Shown piece after piece: positions 32,981 through 46,060 of a stretch of 64,000 nucleotides of DNA. The position numbers and the translations under genes are program-made. Source of the stretch: Azolla caroliniana (taxonomy: Eukaryota > Plantae > Polypodiophyta); contig JBHGNT010000007.1 in assembly GCA_043228905.1 (NCBI GenBank), positions 9,238,001-9,302,000 on the forward strand, read 5' to 3'. The first letter of the stretch is position 1. Every line of letters begins with the position of its first letter. The notes under the pieces were generated by a model. The model saw only the letters and a list, made by a program, of their open reading frames with translations, ran no database searches and was not told the origin of the DNA.

Positions 32981-35900
32981 AGCGGCAAGCTCAACCGGAT
33001 CCGATTCGGCTGAATAAGCCTGAGCCGGATCAGCATCCGAAAGGATGAGCCGGATCGGTGAGCTGGTGAGCAAGTGAGCCGGTGAGTTGGGGAGCCGGTT
33101 AGCCGGACCCAACAGTAACCGGAAGCCTAGTAGCAACGTAGACTACTAGGTAGTTAATGTCTCGTAGTTAGTGTCAAACACTCGTGTGAGCATTGAAGTA
33201 CATCGTACTTTTGTCAGTCCTCTTAGGACTTGTATAAATAGTGTTGTTGATCACGTTTTATGTACAGAGAACTATTATTGTTTTGTAATAGATTTTTGAG
33301 TTATTCTGCTCTCTCTCTCTCTCTCTCTCTCTCCCGCCTACACTCTGTGTTTTAATCTCTCTCTCTCTGTTGCTATCCGCCAAGGCCAGTTTGTTTGACG
33401 CTTCCGCACATGATCTTTTACATCTTGCAATTCAGAGCTTGCGATCCTGTCTGGTGTTTCCCTACCTCTGGGGATCAAAGAACCCTCCTCCTTATAGCCT
33501 ATCCATTTCTCTATTGTTGACCTTTGATTAGCATCTTCCCTAATCAGTAGAGCGTTAATGGTTTCAGATCTCATAGCCCATCGGCCCCTGATTCCATGGA
33601 GTATGTTGGCTTGGTCTTGTATTGGCAATGGCATAAACCGTCTCCAACATTCTATACTTTTTCCTGGACCTTCCGCAATGTATCCCCATGACAAACCCTT
33701 AATTGATCCAATTAGTTGATTAAATTCATCTCTGATACAAGGGTTCCATAGGATACATTGACTGAGCCAAGTAGGTTCAGAGTTAGGTTGATCGCACTTG
33801 AGCCCTAATCTAATGTCACACCATGCCTTCCACATGGATGCATTGAATCTATCCTCCAATTGGCGGGAGAAACTAGGTTTGAGCTCCATGTTTAGAATCC
33901 ATCCACTTTGGGGGTCCCAATTGGCCCTGTTTCTTGTTTAAAGTAAGTGAAACGTAACCGCAACAACATTTTCTAGTAATCATTCCCTAGTTGGAGTTCT
34001 CGCACCACAAATTTGGCGAGTAGGGCTTTTGATTGTGAGAGGGGATCAATAAGACCCAATCCTCCTCTCAACTTAGGTGATGTGAGTTTAGACCACACCA
34101 CCTTGGCCCGAGTTGCATGATCTTCCTTACCAGACCAAATGTAGTTGTGTACCAATCGCCGAATCTGGTGTATACTTTCCTTGGAGATTGTCCAACATGA
34201 TAGGTTGTACCATGCTGTTGCGAGTAATACCTGATTTGCCACTATGATGCGCCTCGCTACCGAGAGTTTTTTCAAACTCCAATGTATCAACTTTTATCGA
34301 ATGGAGTGAATAACTAGTGCAATCATAGTCTCCGGGGGTATATTGAACCCAATTTGGAAACCCAAATATTTGGTGCTCGCTCCTTGATTGATCCACTTGA
34401 AAGCGGGATGGGGGTGCCACGCAGTTTGTGCTTCATGAGAAAGCCATATTGCACAGGATTTGTGCCAATTGATCATGGCATTACATCTCTTGCAAAATAC
34501 GTCTAAACCACTTTCTAGGTTTTGTAGATTTTCCAAGTCCCCTTGTAGGTAGACTGTGGTGTCATCTACAAATTCTATATCCATGTGTCTTTGGTGAGAA
34601 TGCGGCACCCTAAGACCACATAGGTTTAGTTGTCACGAGTTGAGAAAACTAAAGAGTGCTTCGACATATAATAGAAATATGGATGGAGCCACTGGGCATC
34701 CCAGTTGTACAGACCGCGATATTCGGAAGAAGGGGCCCCTTTCACCTACTAATGAAACACAACTACTAGCGTTCCTATAAAGTCCTACAATGGCTTGGAT
34801 CCATGACTCTTGAAAGCCGAGTTTCCCCATCACATTTTCTAGAAAGTTCCAGCATACCCTGTCATATGCTTTCTCAAAATCTAGGAGCACCACAACTACC
34901 TTGTTGTTGGTATGCTTGGCAAGGGCTACTACTTCCCAAAACGAGAAAAGGTTGTCTAGGATGCTCCGATTTCTAATGAAACCTGTCTGGGACGGATGAA
35001 TGAGTTGAGGGAGAAGTGGTGCTAAGCGGCGTGCCACAGTTTTTGCAAGCAACTTATAGACAGTATTGAGAAGAGTTATGGGCCGCCACTTACTAATGTC
35101 ATTGGCACTCCCACCACTTTTAGGAATGACATGTATCATCCCCTGTCCAAATTCCTTCGGCATGTTTCCAGAGGTGATGATCTCCTCATATGCCTGGAGG
35201 AGGTCTTCTTTAATAGTGTCCCAAAGGCACGTGAAAAAGTGAGTGAGGCCATCGATACCGGGGCAACTATCTACATCCAAATCGGAGAGGGTCTCCCATA
35301 TCTCGATGTTTGATAAGGGACGCACGAGCCATGTATTCATTTCCGTTGTGACTTTCTCGGGTATGCTTTGGAGGATAATATCTTCTCGTGTCTCTTCCCA
35401 TGTGGCCATATTATCTTCGGTAAGTAGTCGCTTGTAGTAACTTGTGGCAATATTCCTCATTTCGTCGCCATCCTCAGTGGTCGTTCCCGCCTCTCAGTTG
35501 AGGCTACGCATCATTGTTCTAGCGTGCCTCGGTCCCTTGGATCGGAAGAATTCCTTCGTGGATTTGTCCCCTACTCAAATCCATCGAGCCATGCTTCCAT
35601 GAAACTCCATGTCATAGATTGTCTTTTCCGCCATGATGAGTTCATGTTTGGCCATGACAACTTGTCCCGTGATCCAACTACATGCCGGGTATCTCTATTG
35701 GAGTCGTTGTAAGGCTATTAGTCCTCATTTTGTCGTCTTTCACTTTTCCTGAGCATCCTTGCTTCTGGTCTTGACAATCTTGTGTAGTAGAGTTGAAGCT
35801 CTTGTTAATTTAGCTAGAAGTTTGTCAGATGCTAATGAGACATTGACAGGTAATGACCATTGGTTGACGAGTTGTTCCTTCACCTCTGTGACTGTGTAGA

Positions 35901-38900
35901 TAGTGTGTGGGATTCGAGGTTCAAATGGGCCCCACTTTCGGTGTAATTGAAAGTGACCAATTACCGGGTAATGGTCGAAGAAAGTCATGCCTGGAGTTAT
36001 GTGACACCACCCTCCCTCGCCTACATAAATGCGGTCAACGGAGATAGGGTGGGTCCACTATTTCGCCCATCTGAATAGGAGAATAAGAGTGAGTCCCTTT
36101 TTCGTTGGAATTTGTTCGAGTGCCATAAATCTCTCAGGTTAAGGTGTAGACATAACTTCCCCCATTGTTTTCGTTCCCTTCCTTATAGAACTATGGGATT
36201 GTTGCTAGAGCTATTGTGAAGGGATTCGATCATTATTGAAGTCCCCACCAATGCACCAGTCCTCTACACCTGCTACTTGTAGGTGAATGCGCTCCTAGAA
36301 TGTTGCTCTTTCTGTGCTGCTATTTGGAGCATAAACATTCATGAAATTCCAGCATTGCCCTTGGATGGCCAGCGTGCAAAAATGTGCCCTACCAGGTATA
36401 AGTGATTCTTGATGTATTAAGTCAAAGAGTTTTGTACAATATGAAGTTAATTATGGGGAGATTTTAACTCACAAGTGAAGGGCAAGCATTAATAAGGAAT
36501 GCATCATGACTATACGCTTGACATGATAGAAATGTAACAATACAACCCTTATTAATCAATGAAAGTTATTTCTATAAAGGTTTCGCTCATAATTGCTTTA
36601 TCGTGTAGTGTATAGTTTAGTATGGCAACCTCGTGAATCACTAAGCATTTACCGCAAAATGTCTTGATAAATATATGACATTTCTTATGTGTAAAACATC
36701 ATCGCTTATACTTGAACATGATTCTTTGTGTTTTCATGTATATTGTGTTTCAAAAAACATTTCCAACGTGTTGCTACATAAAGTCTTGATGTAATAGTAC
36801 TATGACAAAGATCTCATATCCAATTTAGCCATCTCACGCATCTCATTATTTTCTTCTAATATTTTCAACCCTCATATTTGCAATGATTTTGGCATTGACT
36901 ATTTCATTGTAAACCTATTATTATTTTGTATGCGTCGGAAGTATCAACAAAGCCAAGGGTAAAAGTTTGAATATTATTGTGTGACATATTTTGCCATTGG
37001 TTGTTTTTTTGGTGCAAAAACTAACATAAAAAATTCAGTAGGTTTGAATTAAATAGTAGATGAAACTTAACTACACCAATATTTTTGAGGAAAAGTTGTT
37101 ATTCTGCTCTAGTAAATCTAGAAAGATAATGTGTTAGCTTCAAAATTTCATTGTCGATGGCTAATCAATAGTTTTAAAGCCCTGGGCATTTGTGTGTTTA
37201 TGGATTATTGACAATCATTCGTATTACCTCACATGTGATCTTGATGTGTGCATGCGTGGACTTGTCGGTTCTCTAAGTAAACAATGCCCTAGATCAACCA
37301 TCATATTGAGTCATCCACTTACTAGGATATAGTCGTTAACATGTTCTATTGTCGAGGGGTAGGTAACACTATCTATACTTGCTATTAGGTAGGCATAGGG
37401 AGCCACTCATGTCACTAATACAAACTTAACACATAATGCATTTCTTTGAGAACTCAATCCAACCCTTGTTTGATTGGGTAGCTTTGGTGATTTGAGAAGG
37501 ACATATATTGTATCATTGTATGCATGCTCGTCCCAAAAGTCGTGCTTTTTGTATTTTTTAAGTAGGTTCTTGCATCGTTGTAATGATCCTCATGACAAAG
37601 CTTCCTTCAACGTAGAGGTGTTCTATCCTCGATCACAAATTCACAAAGTTGATCCTTTGCTTGTCCGACAAACAAATCATATTTTTTGCATGATGTAAAA
37701 TTAGGTTCTGCTTTCACACATGGACAAAATCTTATTCAATAAGATAATAGGTGAGATCTTGAATGTGTTAGATTTTGTGAAAAAAAGGGACAATGCATGT
37801 GCGAATACTTGACACAAAGTATATACAATGAAGAAGAAGAGATGAATATTTATTAGTAGTCATAGAAGCATGCAAAAAAAGGCAATCTTTCTCAATCACC
37901 CCCACCTATTAAAAGCTTTGTAAAATACCGCATTAGGGGAATGATTGTGGGGAGTATTATTAAGACACTATAATTATTAAGAGTATTGTTTAATCCCCAC
38001 CGACTCTTTCTACGTCACTCATATTTTCATTCATTAATTGACAAGAATATTAAGTATTCAGTAGTGAGTTAGCCAAGTATACATTAAGTGATTAAGTTTG
38101 TGCTATATGTGTCCAAAGTGAGAAAGCATATTGCCATGTTTAACTATGTGCTCTAGCCGTCTTCAAATGACTTACTAACTAATGTGCCTAAGCTAATACT
38201 AGATACTACCGTGACTAGCATCCTTACTAAGTAGTCAAGCTCGTTTGTGTTGCCTAAGAGTTAACTAACGGCCTCAAGAATAAAAAGATCCATGGAACCA
38301 TATGGTGAAGCTTTCTTGGTAAACATCTAATGTTATTTTAGTGTCATGTTAGTAGATCATGTTATATTAGAATTGTATGAACCAAGATTCATCTAAATTT
38401 TAGATATAACTATATTGTCAGCAATCGTTATCTACTTATGTGGCTCAAGTTCTTATGTGTGTCTCTTAGATGTGCCATGTAAAGATTGATAATTCAATGG
38501 AAGAAAATCAATACTTGTCAAAACTCTTGCCTCATGCTATGAAAACTCCATTTAGAAAACAAAATACAATTGTAGAGGAGCATGCGATGTCTTCGAATCT
38601 ATTATCTCTTAGTGAAAATTTAAGTTTTCTACAAACCTCAAGTCTTCTTGAATTTCATTTTCATATCTGTTGCTATGAAGATTTAACCTCTAACTTCCAC
38701 TACTAAAGTGACCTTGACTAACACTAAGCCATTAAAGAACAATTCGTAAATCCCAAAGTCAATGAAAATGTCTTTTAGCTAATATATTGCTCAATGTGAT
38801 ATCATGTTGCCAATAGCGCACTATGTGAAACCACCTCCAAACCACGAACTTTCTCCCGTTTTATGTTATACTAGGTTCTATGTGCAATCATGTCAATGCA

Positions 38901-40885
38901 TGATAGTAGCATTGGGTGTTGGACACAAGATGAAATTTTCATTTTCCATTGCATGTGAAAATATATCTTTGCAAAACCATATATGTACTCTCCCCATCAT
39001 ATAATGCAAATGTTTGGTTACCTTAGTTATGGTCCATTTTCCAATTGGAGAGTAATGAATGGGTTCATGGAATCATGTTTGATGGTTTCCATAGAGTACT
39101 ACAACAAGAACGTAGACCGAAGGAAATTTGGTAGTTTTCACAACTAATTGAACACCTTGTCCTACGAGGAGGTGCCTTTATATATGTCATTCTTGCCACA
39201 AGATCCTCACTATTGTCAAGACAACAATGGCTTTTGTATTGCAATATTACATTTTAATATAAACACTACTTTCATGGAAAGTGAGAGTCTTACCTAGGTG
39301 GTCGGTGGATTACAAAAGGTCATGCATTCATCCTATATTCGGTAGTATCATTTAGTAAACTATATTTCAACACCTCCATATACAAATAGAGTTGTTGGAA
39401 GAAAGAGAGCGACAAGATCATTTGGTAAAGTAGTCTGATGAAGACTAGAAAGTCATGGATTCAACCCCTACATTGAGTACCAAATAGTAAATTATATTAA
39501 ACCCTTTATGTTCAACAATAGCATCTAGTAAATTAAGCTAGTTAGTGAGATTTGAAAATTGGGTATGGTGCAAGAAAAAAAAGGCTTACCTCTACAGTAC
39601 AACATGATTTACATAATCTTATTTTTCTCGCGACAACACATGTGACTTATAATATAAGATCTTGGCTCTTCATTAAAGGATGAGGCACAACTTTATTTAA
39701 ATCGAAACAAATGGAATCTTTCATGGAAAATATACAATTGGATATATCATGGCTTATAATTTAGTGGATGTTTGCAAGATTGATAATCATGAGTTGAGCA
39801 TGGGGCATGTTACTTTACGATGAATGGCCCTCCTTTGTAACTATACAAACAATACGTTGTGTTTAGATATTTAGAACATAAGACAAAACATGTTTTGCTT
39901 ATTAATTAGAAAACAAATATAGGTGACTAGGCATATTCTTATAAATGGAAATAATCTCTTTTTACTTACTTGCATGATTGATCTTTGTCGCTCTATGTCT
40001 CTCTAACCTTTATAATGTCTCTATACCAAGCCCGGATAAACTAAATCCTTGATAGGTGCACGAATGAGTACTCCCAATCGTACTTCAAAGTAATAACCTC
40101 CCAAAAATCTTCATTGATTTCCTAACATCAATAATTGATAAAGGCTCAATCTATGATATGGTCCCCAATGTTATATATATCCAACAAAGTATACCACATA
40201 TCCTCTATTAAGTCACAATTACTATTGCTTTCAACGTGTAAGAAGATAAGGACATATTTTATTTTCTAAACATTTGACATCATAATTTATTGGGCTCAAA
40301 AGATTAGATTCATAAGAAATTACGCAGGCTTTTCAAATACTTGTCAGATAGTGTTTGAATTGTGTTCCAACATACCTATGTGGCATGTTATATAATGTAT
40401 GCATAAGTGATGACTATAGTATTCATTCAAATACTGTTTTCTTTATCAAGCACACCTTTCAACGATTGATCATAACTATTAACAAATAGAAAACTAGTTA
40501 TACTAAGTAATTGACATATATGTTCTTGAAACCCTAAACCCTTCTTTTGAGTCCTTGATAGAAAACATTGGTTTGAATGATGATATCCATGGACCATATA
40601 TGTGATTTTCAATATCAAATAAATATGTTTATTGTGTGCTACATTTATTCAATGTTCTCAATTATCTTATTAACTCACATGAGCCACAAACAAATCCATT
40701 TATTTAGTAGCAGTATCCATGGTCCATGGTGAGGCTTATGTTTTACAATTCCTTGACTCGTTCACTTTTGAGTAAAAGGTTCTTTATATTGTTTCCTTGC
40801 TTAAGTTATCAAGTTTCTTAAAAGAAGATTTGAAATCATTACATTGGTTAATACAATACATATGTGTCATTGTTTAAAGTTACAC

Positions 40886-41399
40886 TTTTGACAAAGAAAT
40901 AAATGCATTGTACAACCAGTCAGGGATTTGCAAATTTGGTGTTTGAATAGGCTGAGTGACATCTGGCCCACCATTGCCTCTATCGCGCTAAGGAACATTT
41001 GGAAATCTAGATGCAAAGTAGGTCTCGCAGGGGAAGAAAGTTGACCAAAGGAGACGATCACTGCTCTATGGTATGATCCGGTTACGAATATAGGAACTCA
41101 ATAGGAAGAGTTGGAGGGAACTTCAGACACAATGGAAGTTGGGAGACTTTCCTTTCAACAATCATGGTTAGATTCACCCTTGGTGGATTATGTAGATGGC
41201 ATGCCAAAATGGTTATTTCCACCTTAGTAGCCCAACTAGGAAGGTACATGGTATTTTTTTGAAATTTTACACATTGCACGATGATAAACAAATACCGGGG
41301 TAATGTGGTTGAATGTCTATGATGGCATTTCTATTGTACATATTGGTGTAAAGACACTCTACGTAACTAATGGGAAGTGTCTTTTAAAAATAAAAATAA
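40886..41399 (+). mobile_element. Short 3' fragment of an L1-type LINE
   Basis: NIWKSRC...EELEGTSDTMEVGRLSFQQSWLDSPL is similar to the ORF2 end at ~16500-16700 (YDGLKGNSDGVERQRLAFI*QWSTSPF). A-rich tail; TSD AAAGTTACAC (40876-40885 / 41400-41409). Confidence 0.65.
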
Positions 41400-41782
41400 A
41401 AAGTTACACAAAAGTTGAAGGTTCTTTATACCATTTCCTTACTTAATTCATGAGTTTCTTAAAAGAAGATTAGAAGTCATTACATTGGTTAATACATTAT
41501 ATGTATAATGTCACTATTTAAAGTAGATCATAGATTTTGAAAGTAATGAAATGTTAAGATTGTGTAGATTCACATTATCACATTTCAAGGATATAGAATG
41601 AATTTTGTGCGTTGATTGTGTGCACCAACGTAAATGAGTAACCAATACACTCTCAATATGTACGTAACTTCAATCCACTTTATTCCTTCCATAGCAAATT
41701 TACTAGAGTCTGGCTCTAAATTATGAAGTGTTTTACATTATTTAAAACGAGCTATAAGGCTAATTTACTTCATTACAATCTC

Positions 41783-42225
41783 ATATTGTATCATATAATG
41801 AGTCATAGTATTATTGATGATACTTTGATGTTGCATCAACTCTACACTTGAGAGATGTCTTGAGGGTTCAAGTATATAAAACTAATAAAGCAATCAACCG
41901 TGTTGAAAGTTATTCTTACTATCCACTTTAAGTCAATGTTTGCAATATGTTTTCACTTTTATAGGCTCTCGATATGAAGTCGTTCTATTCCAAGAAAGAA
42001 AAATATTGTATCATATAATGAGTCCTAGTATTATTGATGATACTTTGATGTTGCATCAACTCTACACTTGAGAGATGCCTTGAGGGTTCAAGTATATAAA
42101 ACTAATAAAGCAATCAACCAAGTGTTGAAAGTTATTCTTACTATCCACTTTAAGTCAATGTTTGCAATATGTTTTCACTTTTATAGGCTCTCAATATGAA
42201 GTCGTTCTATTCCAAGAAAGAAAAA
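41783..42225. repeat. Tandem duplication, 2 x ~220 bp
   Basis: Units start at 41783 and 42003 (ATATTGTATCATATAATGAGTC...CCAAGAAAGAAAA) and are near-identical. Confidence 0.93.
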
Positions 42226-45067
42226 TAAAACAATAAATAGTGCATTAGATTATTAGTCAAAACAATTTTGGTCACTACAAAAATGGTTAGCTAATGAGAT
42301 TTCCTATGGCAAAGACCTTGCTAAGAGCCCCTCAACTAATTCAACTTCAACATTACATGTGTGGTAAGGCTGCAGGCATAAGACTATTGTAAGACCAAGA
42401 TTCTTGAGGGTCCACCTTATTCTGTCCCCAATTAGAGTTTTTGTTTCTTGGTAAACATGTCATGTCAATATCAATCATGAATCTCAATTGAAAACATCAA
42501 CATCTATCAAATTTATGTATTATGACACCATTGGAAATAATAGACATATCCAACAAGCTATTGAATCCATAACAAACATGTAAAGTTGTTTTAAACAACA
42601 TGACCAATACATTTCTCGAAACATAGTATCCAACATCTCTTTTCAAAGGAACTCAATACAATCCTCTTATTTTCTACAATCCCCTTAAGGATGCACAATG
42701 ATCACATTTTGTAATGTAGTGGCTAATAAGAAATATATTTGCCCATATATTTTCATTATTTCCCCAAATACCCTTCATTAGGCCTTACTATATCCTCACT
42801 TGTGCCTCCATGCCTTTTTTAGTAATAATATTTATTCTCACACTTTTGTGTTGTTGCCATCAAAATTTGTGTGTGTAAAGATAGATTACACAAGAATACA
42901 ATTCATGTGTTAAAGGGTTAGCATTTAATGCACATGATAACACATTGGGTTTATAAAATCCATGTCTCTTGTGCATAAAGAACCTATGCATAAGTGAGGC
43001 ATATAAGTGTATTCATAAATCGAATGGTATGCCCTACCCTACATTTTATTTCATCTTAATGTCAATGATCATCACAAAGGAGACCCACCTATTATTAAAT
43101 TCTAAGACTTGTATTGGATGTACACATTAATTAATATGTTTTGTGTCCATATAGAAATCTTGCACGCTGATAATTGCATGCACTCATGAAGTAATACTTT
43201 TAACCGCATTTAGACTACATGAAATAATACTAGTGTGTTGTAAAAGCTTAGAATCTAGACACATATTTTATGTGAGGTCTTATTATTATCGTGATTATAT
43301 GCACATTATTACATGGAAAAATAGATATTATGTTGTAGGATACATATACATGTTGTACATGAGGCCTTATTATTATTATCATGCTTTCTAAGTCCTTGCA
43401 CGCTTATTGTTAAAGAGTTGATGGCATGGATAATCTCTATGGCAAAAACATTTAAATTGGTATTCCTAGTATAACCATATATAGTGTTTAGTGTCATGGC
43501 TATATAAATGTTAATGGCACCTAGGCGTAGTTATCAAGGCTTAAGATATATGAGAGCCTTATGTAAAAATAGGAATATGTCCAAGAAGGCTATAAGACAA
43601 TCCAAAGATAAAAAAGGCTATGAGAAAACCTACAAGCAAAGAAGGCTATTAGAGAACCTACAATTATACTTTGAACTAACCAATCATTAATTTTAGAGGT
43701 TAGTTCAATCGAGTATCCCCAAGACAAGTGACACATATTTTCAAGATAGATAGATTTTATTATCACCATCAAAGGTCAAATATGAGCAATGGGATCAAAA
43801 TTGAATCATTTTTATGTAGTACATGTGGAATTGAGTAGTAACTCTCAACATTCAAAAGACAAATTGTGGGAAGCAAACTCAATGTGGTTGAATGCAACAC
43901 AGTGTATCAATGTGCGATACATTGACACCCACCTTGTTTAGGGCAAAATATGACAAATTGCGGAGCCTCCTCAAATGTTCCCCAACGTCTTGTCAAACAT
44001 CAAAGACAATGTGATAATTATGCAAAAAGGGATGCATAATGGAGTTACCAATCAACAACGGAGCTACCAATGTGTCTAAGAACCCAATGGGTAGTGAGCT
44101 CTTTATCTTACTTTTAAGCTAGAGCATAAGGTACCACATTCATTCCATATATGTTTCGAGGGAACATCATGCCCAAGATATTCGAAGCCTTCTATGGTTT
44201 CAAATGTCTTATTATTGATCACAATTCATAGTTTATCCTTATTTTGAATGTTAACTAGCATAACCTTCATCTCGAAGGTATTGACACTTTGACATACTAT
44301 GTGTATAAAGGTTTTCCAATGCATTTATAAGCCTTTGGACAGTATATGCAAAAAGCACCACATCACGTGTGTATATAAAAAAAACCTAACAACTACATTT
44401 CCAATGTTAACTTCATCAATGGCTTCTTGCTAGATATTGTGTTAATTTCTCGAATCATTAAGGTTTAGTTCATTTTAACCATGCACCATTGTAAAATAGT
44501 GTCCATCTACCATTCTTGTCGAAAGCATTTCTGTCTATGGAAATGTTTGTACCCATGTAGGGTTTTATATTAGAGTGGAATCAATCTTCACGCCTAGCAC
44601 TTGGCAAAAAGATATGTATATGAACCAATTCTTTTCGATCTCCAAAATACCTATTATATCATACACAATGTTTGTAATGCCAGAGCCAACCGAAGAAAAG
44701 ATGCATAATTAGATACGTATCCACGACCCATTGGATAAACCCAAGGTAAAAGAGCCTCTTTATTTAACTACCCTTTTTTGGCTCATATCTCTCTACATTT
44801 AGACAGCAATCTATCTAGTACATAAAGTACATAAAATGTCACTAAAGTGTGACAAGTGAACGAACTACTGAATCACAAAAAACATAACGTCCCCTAAATT
44901 ATTAGTACAAAATGATTGAACTAATCTTCTTTGACGTATGGAGTTATCACATATCTCTCTCTCTGTTCACATGAATGTGCGTGAAAGTACCAAAAAACAC
45001 AACAAAGAAGCATTATTAATTTTTCTGTTCCATAGAAAGTAATGTATATATACTACTCGCTCAGGCC

Positions 45068-45277
45068 GTGCAATAATATTAATCGACAGAGGGATTAGCA
45101 TTATAGTACTACTAGAGGATTGATCAATCAGAAGACATAAATAACTGTAACGCTTAATTGCTTCATATGTGCAATTGTAATATTAATCGACAGAGGGATT
45201 AGGTTTATACTACTACTAAAGGATTGATCAATCAGAAGAAGACATAAATAACTGTAACGCTTAATTGCTTCATATGT
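45068..45277. repeat. Tandem duplication, 2 x ~100 bp
   Basis: TAATATTAATCGACAGAGGGATTAG...GCTTAATTGCTTCATATGT occurs twice. Confidence 0.9.
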
Positions 45278-46060
45278 ATATGTATATACACATATATAGA
45301 AGGAACAATTTAGATGGATGTTAATATGTGGTACATACATTTCAAAAAGACCAGATTGGTTATATAGATTATGTATCTTATTATTATTACTTCTTTTTAT
45401 GTGTAGGAAGTAATATGATCACACTGCAGTACATGAAGATCACATTGCAATTTGTTATCGCCTGCAAATTAAGAAGTCTGCTTTTTAAGAGCGTTCCTTT
45501 TGTATAGTATATATACATACATATATGAATCACACAAAATTAGGCGACGGCCATGGCTGATTATATATATATACATTAATGATAAGTTATATGAATCATG
45601 CTGCAAACCGCAGAAAAGTGGGGCAAAAAAATACCTTTCGGCAAAAGAGGAGCTTTGTGCAGGCTGCTTGGAGAGTAGAGTTCCTGTTTTTTTTTTTTCT
45701 TCCTTTCTATAACAGAATTCGGTGGTGGATTATTATATGATCATGACATTTTAATGATCCAAAAGAATCGAACAGGCCTCTCCTAAATTTGTATGGATTG
45801 AATAGCAAAAGAGGTGGCTGTGCAGTATGGATTGATCGCTTCCCCCACTGTAATTTACTACCATTCTTTACATAATTGCGTTGTTGTAGAGAGGACTTCT
45901 GATTAGTAGTACAGTAATCCGTATCTATCTATCAATCTATCCATCCATCCATGAGAAATCATCTGTATGAGTGAGTGAGTAAATGTTACTAAATTGGATC
46001 AGATATGGATACATATACTTTAAAACAAAAAAAAGGAAAGGTAATTTTAGAGATCCCAAC

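Larger units (their letters stand above)
17442..33422 (+). mobile_element. Ty1/Copia element A (5' LTR 17442-~17765 with its 3' end and PBS deleted; 3' LTR 32975-33422), degenerate
   Basis: TSD TCTTG (17437-17441 / 33423-33427) and matching LTRs. gag KLDRSNYASW from 17835, then INT, RT (YVDD) and RH at 29420-32400. Zinc knuckle and protease deleted near 29510. Confidence 0.92.
16390..36421 (-). mobile_element. 5'-truncated L1-type LINE (~4 kb own sequence: 33428-36421 and 16390-17441) split by Copia A
   Basis: EN motifs NVYAPN, GDFN, DHYP; RT motifs WRPITLLN, LDFEKAYDRV, FVDD. The frame continues across Copia A (ELQD|NETPTQ) into zf-RVT (FQWLLIHRSLP..C..C..ES...LWDCP). Poly(A) at 16390-16400; TSD TCAAAGAG (16382-16389 / 36422-36429). 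Confidence 0.88.
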
